Part shown: positions 25,340-36,320 of the stretch, one piece after another
Layout: each line of letters begins with the position of its first letter
Numbering within the stretch: position 1 is the stretch's first letter
Assembly: GCF_036321535.1 (NCBI RefSeq)
Contig: NC_087461.1
Span: 12,028,001-12,092,000, forward strand
Direction of reading: 5' to 3'
Length of the DNA: 64,000 nucleotides
From: Camelus dromedarius
Taxonomy: Eukaryota
Program-made: the position numbers and the translations under genes
The notes under the pieces: model-generated
The model's database searches: none
Told to the model about the DNA's origin: nothing
The model's input: only the letters and a program-made list of their open reading frames with translations

Positions 25340-25680
25340 CGTCAGAATTTTGACTGTATTTCTGAGTTGAAAGCTTCACAAGTGCAAATGGGGCGAAAGT
25401 GGATGAATGTCATGATTAAATCAACGCTGTCAATTAGTGAGCATGAGGATAATGAGGCACGCCGAATGCATTTGCATGCGCATGTGGGAAGCTTTATTCT
25501 ATTCTCGAATTCTCTGTGGAAACTGGGCATTCGTTAAAATGAAGTAAAACTTTAGTAAGGCAATGTTGAGTTTTCTTGTCAAAACAGAACGTAATCTGAT
25601 GCGAAGTGGATGCCCCGGCTAACCAGACACCCCACGGTTGCTGACAGTGAAATGTATTACATAAAGCTACATTTACAGAC
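25340..25680. promoter_or_regulatory. candidate conserved developmental enhancer
   Basis: No repeat recognised. Octamer ATTTGCAT 25470-25477, palindrome TGATT-A-AATCA 25413-25423, tgtcaatta at about 25428, and retained CpGs. Confidence 0.35.
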
Positions 25681-27254
25681 TTTATTTTCTGGACCTCAGC
25701 ATTTCAACATAGAGTTTAAAGGGTCTGGGGAAAAGATGGGAATGACAAAACATCGTCGCTAGCTCTTTCTCTTCTCTTTGGCTTTAGTCTCCAAATACAA
25801 CATTGCAAAGAATAAGCATAAACTTCATCTCCTAGCAAGCATGGTGAACATTTCAGCAAATATTTGTTCAAGATGATAAAATGCATTAACGGCAGTCTTT
25901 TTTAAAATTGAGGCCATGCAGCTAAGTTGCATGCACTTGAGAACACAGATAGAGGAATCTCAATCCTGGTGCCCACACCAGCTACCTGTCTGTATAGAGT
26001 AGACTGAGGTTTTCTGGGTGACATGATTTTTTTCTTCTTTGTGTGGTGTGGATCTTAGAGTGATGCAGTTTTAGTCCTGAAAGGACTAACTACCAACTCG
26101 TTCAACCTGTGATCTTACAAAAGAGGGAACTATGACTCAGTGAGACTGTGTTGCCCAATTTGGGTCCAAGCTGGACTCCAGCCAGCATCTCCAGACTTCT
26201 GGTTAAATGACTTTACCACTGTCAGCTCTGGAATCCTGTGGACTGGATCCCATTTCCTTCACTTGCTGTAATTTTTGGGTATGTTGCTTTCATGATTTGT
26301 CTTCTCAGTGTCGCCAGTATGAGGAGGTGGCAGTGAGGGTTAAATAGATGGCCACACACCAGTCAGAGTGCAGTGGACACTGAATCTGTGCATTCCTTTC
26401 TCTCTCCCACACCCCTTCATTAGGAAGACAGTCTTCCCAGAGAACCAATCTGCATATGTTACAGATGAAGCAAAGAGGGTCTGTGTGAAGCCTGTTACCC
26501 CAGCATTCTTTGGTGATAGAAAGCCCTTCTTGAAGAAGAGAAGACTAGAATGGACAAGTGGGGTTCAGGTGGCCTGGTTAAAGAGATCCCCCTTCCTGAT
26601 GTCCCCAGTGGACTTCTCATTTGGGTCTGTAGGTTTGGAGTCCCCTTATGATTTGGGGGAAACCTTCGAAGGTTGCAGTGGGAACAGAGGGAAATGGGTG
26701 GGTGTCACAGGTGACCATGAAATGCTGAGGTGAAATCCAGCCTTCCAGACCCTTGAGTCCTGCCCAGGTGGCCCAAAGAGTGTGTCCACCATCCTCTGTT
26801 ACTCGAATCTTCCCAGTTAGCGGCAGCTCTCCACTCAGAATCTAAGGGCAGGTGCTCCAAATGCCATGCTATAGACCATGCATGACCATGCAAGAAAAGG
26901 CTTCCCTGAGCCAAAATGAGGACAATCATGCCCAACAGAAAGACTTTTTTGGGAGGCCAAATCTGAATTGTGTGAGTACCCTGCTTCCTGGTTTCTTTGG
27001 TATTAAAATATCTTTTCTTTATTGTGGCAATAATAATACCACATAGAGAGAAAATTTCAGTAGAGAGGGCATTTTTGGATGCCCCTTACTTTACGAAATA
27101 AACTCTTAGCAACTTTATTTTACTATTTAATTTGTGAAATACGGAATAATGAGAACTGTTGCTCCACAGTTGAGCTTTCTCCACAGTTATTACCAGCATT
27201 ATAAACATGTGAGCGTCACAGTGGTCCAGTCAGAGGAGCTGTTAGGTCTTTGTC

Positions 27255-27680
27255 AGTGATGGTCAGCTTGTAAGACAGAGTCATCTCAAACTCATTTAAG
27301 GACAAGAATGGAATTAGTTGGAAGGAGTCCATCAGAAGGACCTCACTGTGTCCTGGACTCAGGAACCAGGGCGCCCAGGAGCCTAGATAGCTGTTCTATC
27401 TTTTAGGCTCTCCATTGGAGTCATGGGATCTCCTGTGCCCCATTTCCTGTACAGATCTGCTCCATCCTTTCTCGGTACCCTTCTCTGTCTGTTTCACATT
27501 CCCTGTCCATGTCGGCCACCACTTCAAATGACCTCGCATTTTAAGTTCCCAGTGGACACAGGCTAAGAGCTCCCCTGTCCCAGGGCTCCATTTCCAGGGA
27601 GAGAATGTGATTGGTCCAGCCAAGATCAGGTGGCTCCTGCTTGGTTCAGTCAGATGAGGCTGGGCTGGGAGTGGGTGACC
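27255..27680 (-). mobile_element. MLT1J/K-type ERVL-MaLR LTR (old)
   Basis: cttgtaagacagagtcatctcaaactcatttaagg…gagaatgtgattggtccagccaagatcaggtggctcctgcttggttcagtcag. Confidence 0.6.
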
Positions 27681-28045
27681 ATACACTTCATTGCTCAAAC
27701 CAGTAGACCTTTGAGCATGAAAAGGGGGTTTGCTACTAATAATGACACTGGGACAGTGGGTGCAGAGCAGAAAATGGTCTCAGGGATGCTAGTGTCTGTG
27801 TTCACCCTGGGTGTGGGACATGGGGGTCAGGAACTTATCCATGAAGGGCAGGGAGGAATTCTCCAGGGAAGGGGGCATTGTTGAGGCCCAGAACCCTTTC
27901 AAAGATGGGTAAGTGTCAAGTCAAATAATAAAAGTGGAACTTTCTCACATATTCATTTTTACTAGAGAGCATTGCGGGAACACCAGGTTGCCTGTTGAAG
28001 ACAATTTGGTACTCAGGTAATTCTGGATGATGTATCTGTTAGCTT

Positions 28046-28106
28046 GTTTGTTTGTTTTAATTGAAGTACAGTCAGTTACAGTATGTCAGTTTCTGGTGTT
28101 CAGCAC
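28046..28106 (-). mobile_element. very short L1 3' terminus (camelid type)
   Basis: ttttaattgaagtacagtcagttacagtatgtcagtttctggtgttcagca. Confidence 0.75.
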
Positions 28107-30074
28107 TGTTGGCTCATTTGAGAGAGCAGAGAAAGACCTCAGAGTGTGCACAGTGGTGACACCTCCTTTAGAGACCACCAGTTGTCCCACTTCTCCTCTG
28201 GCATGCCCCCTGAGTGCACAAAGACCTGCAAATATGGGTGGGTGACTTTGCTCAGACCCAGCCTTAGCGCTTCCTCACCCCTGCTCCTCCTCCTCTCTGG
28301 ACCCATCCTTTCATGTTGGCAGTTTTCCCCCCACGTCCCTGCTGCATGGCACTGTCACAGTGACACAACTCTCAGCTCTTCCTGTCCAACTGTTAACATA
28401 TATCATAGCCTTGGCCCCCAAATATACCTTAAATGTGTTATGAGCTCAAGAACCATACACTTTTAACCCCTGGAGCCTCACCCTGTGCTCAATACCAAGT
28501 CCCTATTCCAAGTGCCTTTTTCCTTTTTTTTTTAACTATGTCAAATCACAGGGTATCTGACAGTAGTGTCGGCAATTTCCATTGTCTTTTCTCTGCCCGA
28601 AATGATGTCTCAGCAGCGAGCTGGCAACTGAGGGGAGGGGACCATGTGCGGAGATTGCTAATATGCAGTGATAGTTTGCAGTGAGAAGAAGTGAATGACA
28701 TGGAAACAAGAGCCAGAGTTTATATTTGGAACTGAAAGGCTATATAGAGGAAGTTAAAAAAAAAAAAAGATTTAGCCCTTATATCTTTATTTTTATACAT
28801 ACTCCCACCACAATGACCCTGAGCAAGAAATCAAAATTTGATTTTGATTTTCTTCAAGGATTATTGCCTTTTGCAATGGAAAATGACAACTCATCAAATG
28901 CATTGTGTCTGCCGTAGGCTGCAAAGATGACTAGACAGCAGAGGTTGGGATTGCAGCCGTGTTGCTTCAAGTAATATTATTTCTTGGCTATTTTGCTAAA
29001 CTGAATGTATTTTCTTTTCTTTTTTTTTAAGTCAGAGATGAGGACATTTTAGCTTGATATTCTGCTGAGCATAGTAACCAGGTAGCTACTTCACTGAAGA
29101 CCATATGAATTTATGTAACTCTTGGTAAGCTGAGCAATGATTGAGGGTTGATTTTTCTAGTCTAGTAATACTCTTAAGGAATGCCAAAGCCAGATCCCAG
29201 GTTTTGTAACAGAAGCAGACTTTATGAAAAATAAACCACTTTGGGACCTTGCACAGAAAAATGAACCCAAAGCAGAGACAAATTAACCATTAATGGGTGT
29301 CCTTTCTGGCTGTGCTATCAGCTCAGTAATCTGAGCTGAGGGTTTCCTTGGAACACCCAGGCTGCCCACCTCCCCAAAGCCACATCCTGCACTTAAGGGG
29401 GTGCAGCGGGCTATGTGCTGACCTTCTTACCATTTTCATCTATGGAAATGTCCTGAGGGGTGAGCCAGGTTCGGGTGTCTGGATAATGCAGTAGTGCTCC
29501 TGCCAAGAGGGGTACTTTTAGCAAGAAAAGGGAAAGAAGCTGATCATCGCATCCTCGGAGGGTTCCCCTAGAGTACCAGGCACACCTGGGGTGTCCCTGA
29601 AAAAGCTCTGTAGCCAAGGCCTTGAGGCAGGACCAGCTGTCTGATTCTTAGTGTAGCTTGTTCCAAAAATTATTAAGAATTTCAAGATGGCCACAGCAGA
29701 GGATGAAACCAAGCACAGAGCCCTTTTAAGCACTGGGTGGGTTGTACACTCACAAAGCTGGTCCTACCTTCAATGTTAAGTGCTTCGGTGTTTTTAACTT
29801 CACAGTGCATTAGCATCCTTAGGAAGACTTAGAGGAAATTAAGGGATGCAAACTACTCCCTCCGCTCCCCCCCCAAAAAATTGGCTCCTGGGGACTGTCT
29901 GTATCCCACCACCAGCCATCAGCAGCTGTGGCACCTTAGTAAGGGAAAACTCACCTGCCTAATTCACATCAATTTGCCTTCCAGAGAGGGCGGGGCTTTG
30001 GGAGAGGGGAAAACTGAAATCGTGCGTTCATTCAACCTAATCCCCCCAGTATCACTGCCTCCCTTCCTCTGATC

Positions 30075-30668
30075 TTCTACAAGCATGGTCTCCAGCCTGC
30101 ACACAATAGCCTAAGTGATCTTCTAAAAAATGTATTGGATCCTGGCCCTCTTCCCTCTTCTCTCTGCCTCAAATACTTCAATAGTGTTCTGATATCTTAC
30201 AGTCAAATTGAGAATTCTCCCCTCAGCTCCAAGGCTTCATATGATTTGGACTCTGCTGGATTCCAGCCCCACCAAGTCTTCAGTGCTTGCCACTTTCTGC
30301 CTCAGGGCCTTTGCACATTTCATCCCCTCTATCTGGAATGCCTTTCTCTGTTCATCCCCACCCTCTGGCTTGCCCCCTCCTTCCAACTTCCCTCATCCTT
30401 AAGATCACAGTTTACTTGCTTTTCCAACTTTCCACCCACATACACCCACTCACCAATCTGGGTTACACACTCTCACTGCTTCAGTGTCTGCCCCCTGACT
30501 CAGCTGTAAGTACCGTGAGGGCAGGATCACGTCTGTTTTGTGCATGGTTCTGTCCCCAGTACCTAGCATGTGCTAGCATGTACCTAGCACGTACCTAGCT
30601 TGTACCTAGTATGTACCTGGGCATAGTAGGCACTAAATAGTTGTCTGTTTTGAAAGGATGAATGGATG
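30075..30668 (+). mobile_element. L2 3' region
   Basis: cctcagggcctttgcaca…ctggaatgcc…gtgagggcaggatcacgtctgttttg…gcatagtaggcactaaatagttg…ggatgaatggatg (L2 3' terminus). Confidence 0.8.
30559..30624 (+). repeat. 11-bp minisatellite (gtacctagcat) x6 inside the L2 3' end
   Basis: gtacctagcat gtgctagcat gtacctagcac gtacctagctt gtacctagtat gtacctgggcat. Confidence 0.9.
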
Positions 30669-31501
30669 TATGACACAGTTCATAGTTTAAACTTAATTAT
30701 ACACTTATCTTGTGTAATCTGTTGTCCTTCAGTAACTTCACCAATTAGTTTTGCAACTCTTGGACATGCATCTGTTTGTCTGAATGTCCCACAGTGCTCA
30801 GCCGGTAGTGTATGTTCAAGGAATGTTATTGACCGGTACAGCTTGTGAGTGTTTTACACATTCGGTCCCTTGCCATTACATCTATACTGTAATTATACAC
30901 AGTCATGTATTGTGTGTGTGTAAGTTATTGTACATACTTTCTGTTGACTGGTGAGGTAAGTAATAGCCAATTAGAGAGACATCATCTGAATTATGGGATT
31001 TCTGTCTCAAAAGGAAAAAAATCAACTGTGCTATCTCCCTCACAATCTTACTTTACTGATTTTGGAAACAGTCTTGATAGAAGAGTTTAAAGGACTGGTT
31101 GTGTTCAGTTTACTCTGGTGTGAGCGCATCCTCTATGTTAATGCACAGCCCTGTCTGCTGTGATGATAACGACCGTGAGCATTTGTCCGACAAAAGGAAT
31201 TGATTTGCCGTCATTCTTTCCTGTAATGTGGCCCATCCTCAGTGCCTTGCTTGAAATGGCATTTGCACAATGTCCAGTGATAAAAATCTGAGTGGAATAC
31301 TCAGGGGCAACTATTTTTTCAGTAACTTTCACAATCAAGAATTTGACCCACTGGGTCTTTATTTCTGTATCGAGTCCTTCCAGTGGACTTCTCGCCACCA
31401 TGTTGTTTTTCCAGATTAACACACCTTGATGGCCTTGAAAATATTTTCAGCCTAATGAATAATCATCTGTTTTCCCACTTTCTTTCCAATGCCTTTTGCA
31501 G

Positions 31502-31700
31502 ACAAGAAGCCCCAAACTCTCTCACAGTCCTCAACCTCCCACCTTGGGCGACCCAGTCGAGCATTTATCAGAGGCGTCTGGTGACTCTTTGGAAGCCATG
31601 TCTGAGGGAGACGCCCCCAGTCCCTTTTCCAGAGGCAGCCGGACTCGAGCGAGCCTTCCGGTGGTTAGGTCGGCCAACCAGACGAAAGAAAGATCTCTGG
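31502..31700 (+). CDS. KIAA1217: KIAA1217 (sickle tail protein homolog) internal coding exon, orthologous to human exon 3 of the long isoform
   Basis: Acceptor tttcccactttctttccaatgccttttgcag ends at 31501 and donor CTGG|gtaagc starts at 31701. The 199 nt (66 codons + 1) encode TRSPKLSHSPQPPTLGDPVEHLSEASGDSLEAMSEGDAPSPFSRGSRTRASLPVVRSANQTKERSL-G. This matches the recalled human SKT segment TRSPKLSHSPQPPSLGDPVEHLSETSADSLEAMSEGDAPTPFSRGSRTRASLPVVRSTNQTKERSLG. Confidence 0.96.
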
Positions 31701-32782
31701 GTAAGCTTCACACTTTGTTACTGTATGTGTGTATGTTTATATTTCTGAACAGATACCCTGCATCTGAATGTTAATTTGATCTTGATTTGTAAAAACAAAA
31801 GTAATCAGAAACTTCACTGATTTAGCATCAAGCTTGAGGACTGCTGAGGAAACAGCAAGTCTAAGCTGTCTTTGGGCTGGGCACTCAAGAGGCTAGCTGT
31901 GCTTGCCTGTGTTCCTGGAATAGGGAGAATGAGCCTCATTTCTTAGGGAACCTCCTCCCCAGTTTCAGAATTGTGCACGGATGGAATATGAGCCCTGCTC
32001 CACTGTCTGGCAGTCCAGGGGAGGACATTGATGGCTCCAGGAGGAAGAGGTGCAATGTGGCTAACACCCCCATAACTGGGAATGAAAGCCGGAAATACAG
32101 GGCTGTACTCCCCAATGCCACATGAAAGGAGGGAGGGGCTTGGCAGGAGTTTGGCATAGCTTTGCCTTTCAAGAAGCTTTTAAGAAAAGCAGGATTCTAT
32201 CTTTCTGCCTCCACCACTCGTCACTTACTTTTTCATATTAGATATTCATTTTCTATCTTGCTTTGCTTTTTTTGCACCCCCCCCCCCCATGCTGGCCCTT
32301 TAATGAAATGTGCAGGCCATGAAGATTTTGACCTTTTTGCAAATTGTGCTGGTGTTTCATATGCTTGACCTGCCATCTCAAGGTTCCAACTCACTACACC
32401 TGTGTCTGCAGATATTTGGGGTCAGGGGAAAGAGGGGACAGGAACAGGGTCAATGCACAAAGGCTTCAGGGTCTGGCCCCTGCAAAAGACAGTTAAATTC
32501 TGCCTCTTAAAACTCAGCAAATGCCTTGCTTAAAGAAGAAAAGATAAGAAGGACATGGGGAGGCATCTTGATTTTGTTTCCTCAGTTACAGATTGAAAAC
32601 TAGAGCAGATTGGGTTCAGACATTGTCCGAGCTGTTCTAAAAACAAAAAACAAACAAATCCCTATTATTTACTTGCATTATTGATATTAACTTTTAACAT
32701 TAAATTTTGTGTACTTCATCTTAGGTTAATAATCCAGGGTCCTCATTTTACAAATGAAAGAAGAAAGCCACAGAAAATCTGC

Positions 32783-32783
<1 letters not shown>

Positions 32784-32829
<46 letters not shown>
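32784..32829. repeat. (TG)23 microsatellite
   Basis: Perfect dinucleotide run. Confidence 0.98.
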
Positions 32830-32830
<1 letters not shown>

Positions 32831-33535
32831 TCAAACAGTTAATTAAATGGCAGAAGCGGGAAGTCCCTCCAGTTCCTATTCACCCCATTTATAAATGAAG
32901 GCATGGAACTTGCAGGGGTGGGTTTACCCAGGGATACAGGGCTCCGGCAGTGACAGGATGACACAGGCTGGGGTTTTCCATCTGGATTACAGAGCTTTGT
33001 GTTCTCTTAACCCCACTCAGGCTTGAGGCAGGAGCACCGGAGCCAGGCAAGGAGTGGAATTTCTCCCTTGTGCTTTGCAGGAAATGAACAAGGTTCAGGT
33101 CTCTGTAAAGATAGACTGTGCTTTGCAAAACTGAATGCAGATAAGGATAACTGCCTGTGTGCCCTCCCCCATACCTGGGGAAGAGTGAGCTTGTTGAAGA
33201 ATGGACACTGTCTTGCAGACAGGAACTTCTCCCCACAGCCAAGTGCACTTGGCAATGCAGGTAGATGCTGGCAGCCTTCAGGATGCAGAAGCTGATGGCA
33301 GCCTTGCCCTAGGAATTGCTGAGAGTGGCTGGTGTTTTCTCGTGGGGTGGCTGAGGTTCTGCAAAACACTCAGTTTTCCTCTGAGCACACCTTGCTGTGA
33401 AGTTCTGGCGAGTCACAGCTGATTAAAACATGCATATGAGGTGTTTATTCTTCTAGCTCCAATAGGAGGTTTTTGGCCAGTGATTTGCAAAACTCCTGGA
33501 TAGAAACAAAGTAACACAGGGAGAGGAGAGGAGCT

Positions 33536-33562
33536 GGGAGGGGAGGGGAGGGGAGGGGAGGG
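33536..33562 (+). repeat. (GGGGA)n polypurine / G-quadruplex motif
   Basis: gggaggggaggggaggggaggggaggg: six G-runs with 1-nt loops. Confidence 0.85.
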
Positions 33563-35904
33563 ATGAGCAGTCTGTCCCAGCGTGGGGAGACTTGAGGCCA
33601 GAAAATGAGGCTGGCACTGGGCCAGTGGGCTTGGCACTGCCCTTGACCGCCTCTCTGTGGCTGATTTGGGAATGTCCTCCCAGCCTCACCTGGCCTTTGT
33701 GGTGTTAACTCAGTTGAGCCTGGATGGGAAATAAACAGGGAAGTGTGAGTCAGGGAGAGTCTAAACACAGTCCCCCTGCCAGTGGCCTTGCTGGCCTTGT
33801 GTTGGGGAAAATCCCCATGTGCCTGGCTGCATATAACACCCAGACAGGTTCCTGGGAACAGTAGGCTCCCCATAGAGTCCAGGGCCAGGAGCAGCGAGTG
33901 GATGTCCCCCTAGCATTGCGGCCTCAGAGGCTGCAGGTTGAGACTGAGCTGTGACCTCCTGCGAACCCACTCTTGGTGCCATCTGGAAGCCCCGAGTTTC
34001 CTTTGGGTTCTATCTGTACAATGCCATTTTTCCCTTAATCCACCGAATGTTACGACCTCCCCCAAAGTCCTGTTAATGTATTTATTTAAAATCGTCACAC
34101 TTGGTTCATCATGGATTATTGCATTAATTTTGATTTTTTAAAATATCTCATTAAAATATTATTTACCTTGATTACTGAGTTTCGAGGGGGCCCCGTAAAT
34201 TACCTCACTCTCCTAAACCCAGTAGATGCCCCCTGTGTGTCACCCCAGGAACTTCACACACCATCGGGGTGATCTCAGAGCCAGGAAGCAGGCGGAGTCG
34301 GGAAAGCCCTGCGCCTAGGCTGCATTCTGCACATGTGTTGTGTTACTGGTGACCTTGCCCAGCCCCAGTCCTGAGGGTGGAGCAGGGACTGGACCCATCC
34401 TCAGACCCCTCCTGCTCCCTGGATGGGATGCAACCTTGCTCTCATTTCAAGCAGCCTGTGCTTGGAGATAAACCTGCCGGCTTAATCATTTTTCCACTTG
34501 AATAATCCCTCCTTTCTATTGCTTTGGCGTATTTAGGGGATGGGAGGAGCACGGAGAGGCTGCGTCTGCTGCATTGCGCAGAGGCTTGGAAGACATGCAG
34601 GAGGGAGAAGGGATGGCTCTAAGCGGCTGTTTCGGACAGTGAAGTTAGATGTCATTGGTGTCTATCATTTCTGATGCATCCTGCGTGCACGATGTGAGCG
34701 TCTCATTCTGGGACTGCAGGCAGGGCCAAGTGACAAAACCCAGAAATCTTTTTTGTTGGTTGAGGGCCAACCAGGCACTCTTGGGTATTTACAAAACAGA
34801 AAGGTAAAGAAAGAAATTTGCTCAGCGGCTCTGATTTATAAGGTGACCAGGTTCCAAAGAGCCAGCACCTCTAAATCTTTACTTGTACAGAGTGGTGGGT
34901 TCCCTGTGGGCTCCACCCACCCAGAGCCCAAATGAAATTCTTCTCAGTGGTATTTATGCCATCCCTGCTTCCCTCTCTCTTTAGTGAAATTAGGAGAAAG
35001 GAAGTCTACAGAAGAAAGTGAAAGACCATTTTGCAGTGGAGTTGGGTTTTAAAAAATAATTTCCATGAAAAATTGTCCCGCTGAAACTCGGTCTGGGTCT
35101 GAGTGATGGAGTCGTTTCCTTTTCATCACTGCTGTCTTATAAATGTCTGTCTGAAATGCGACCATGGGCAGGGGCTGGTGTCTGACTGCTCGGCGGTGGG
35201 CCCTGGGGGAAAGGGTAGCCACAAGATGTCCCCACCCTTCTGTGTGCCCTCAGGAATTTGAAAACAGAGCAGCAGCGGCAGCTTCCTTCTCGCTGCAGCC
35301 AGATGCTTTCCTTGATGGGAGTCTGAACGGTTAGCTTTGGAAGAGACTCCTCTCCTCCCAGCCTGACAGCCAGAGGTGCTGCCATTTCTGTAACAAATTA
35401 CCTCTTAAACACTCCGACTCAACAGGCAAGAATGATTTTAAAAGGCTCAGGAGGATTTTAGACTAATTGAGGGAGAACTTTCCCAACATAGGTGACTTGT
35501 TGAGTATCTTTGTGGCTGTTCTCCTATTTCAAGGTGGTAACAGTGTTGGTGACTGCTTCCTGGTGGGGGGATTTAAGGAACAGAAGGGTCACCATTGCCA
35601 GCATCTCCCCTCCTGTGCAAAAGGGTCAGTAGGAGGTTAGAGAAAAAAATTGTGGAAACGTCCATCTGCAAAGTGGAAAACCAAGAAGGCTTATGGGCAA
35701 AGACTGCAAGCCTCTTACTAGCTTATGAGCTTGTTTGAGCTTGAAGAAGTTATCCTCTGGATAGTTAAAAAAGAAATAAATTTCAGACAAATGGAAAGAA
35801 GTATTACTCTATAGAGTAAGTGAAGCATTTATGGAATTTGTCCTCCTAAATGCCAGTAGTGATTGAAATATAATATTATACACATTAAAACTTACAGGAG
35901 AAAG

Positions 35905-35998
35905 TTTTTTGTTTCTATATTTTTATTGAAGTATAGTTGATGTACAATATTATATGAGTTACAGGTGTACAATACAGTGATTCACAAGTTTTAAAGGA
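35905..35998 (-). mobile_element. short L1 3' terminus
   Basis: tttattgaagtatagttgatgtacaatattatatgagttacaggtgtacaatacagtgattcacaagttttaaagg. Confidence 0.85.
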
Positions 35999-36320
35999 GA
36001 GGGTGTGGTTGGTTTTTGCAGACTTCTTGGTGTCAGACTCTTTTGTGCTTGCAGCTGTCTTCTGTAGGTCTGTTCACGGTGTTCCTATGAACCTCCAGCA
36101 AGACAAAGGCTATTCTCTGTTCTGCAACGTTTTATCTCTATGAATGGAAAGAGTGTTATACCTTTAAAGATTAAGAGTCTGGAGAATGGACTGTCTTGTA
36201 TATTTCAGGCTGTAGGCAACATTCTTTTGGTGATTAAACTTGTAGCAAAGGCAACAGAATACAGAGGTTAAAGTAAGAACAATAGATCCAATATGGAGTC
36301 AGATTTGTTCTTCTATTACA
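35999..36320 (-). mobile_element. ERV1-type LTR, 5' (U3) portion
   Basis: The minus strand starts TGTAATAGAAGAACAAATCTGACTCCATATTGGATC (typical ERV1 LTR opening with TG and a gactccat motif) and stops near ccctctcctttaaaa. Confidence 0.6.

Larger units (their letters stand above)
1..31501 (+). other. KIAA1217: 3' part of the large KIAA1217 intron preceding this exon
   Basis: The preceding coding exon (…GHQERLRDQ) was not found in the window; the region is repeat-rich and non-coding and ends in a canonical acceptor. Confidence 0.85.

Noticed and set aside
29032-29081. 50-nt pseudo-exon with a strong poly-T acceptor
   Set aside because: The donor CAG|gtagct is weak; no further support.
30559-30624. 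Short repeat array as CRISPR-like
   Set aside because: No unique spacers, 11-bp units, mammalian context.
31441-31501. Upstream alternative acceptor ttttcag at 31450 (51 nt extension)
   Set aside because: It would add an in-frame TAA (cct aat gaa taa), and the downstream acceptor has the better pyrimidine tract.
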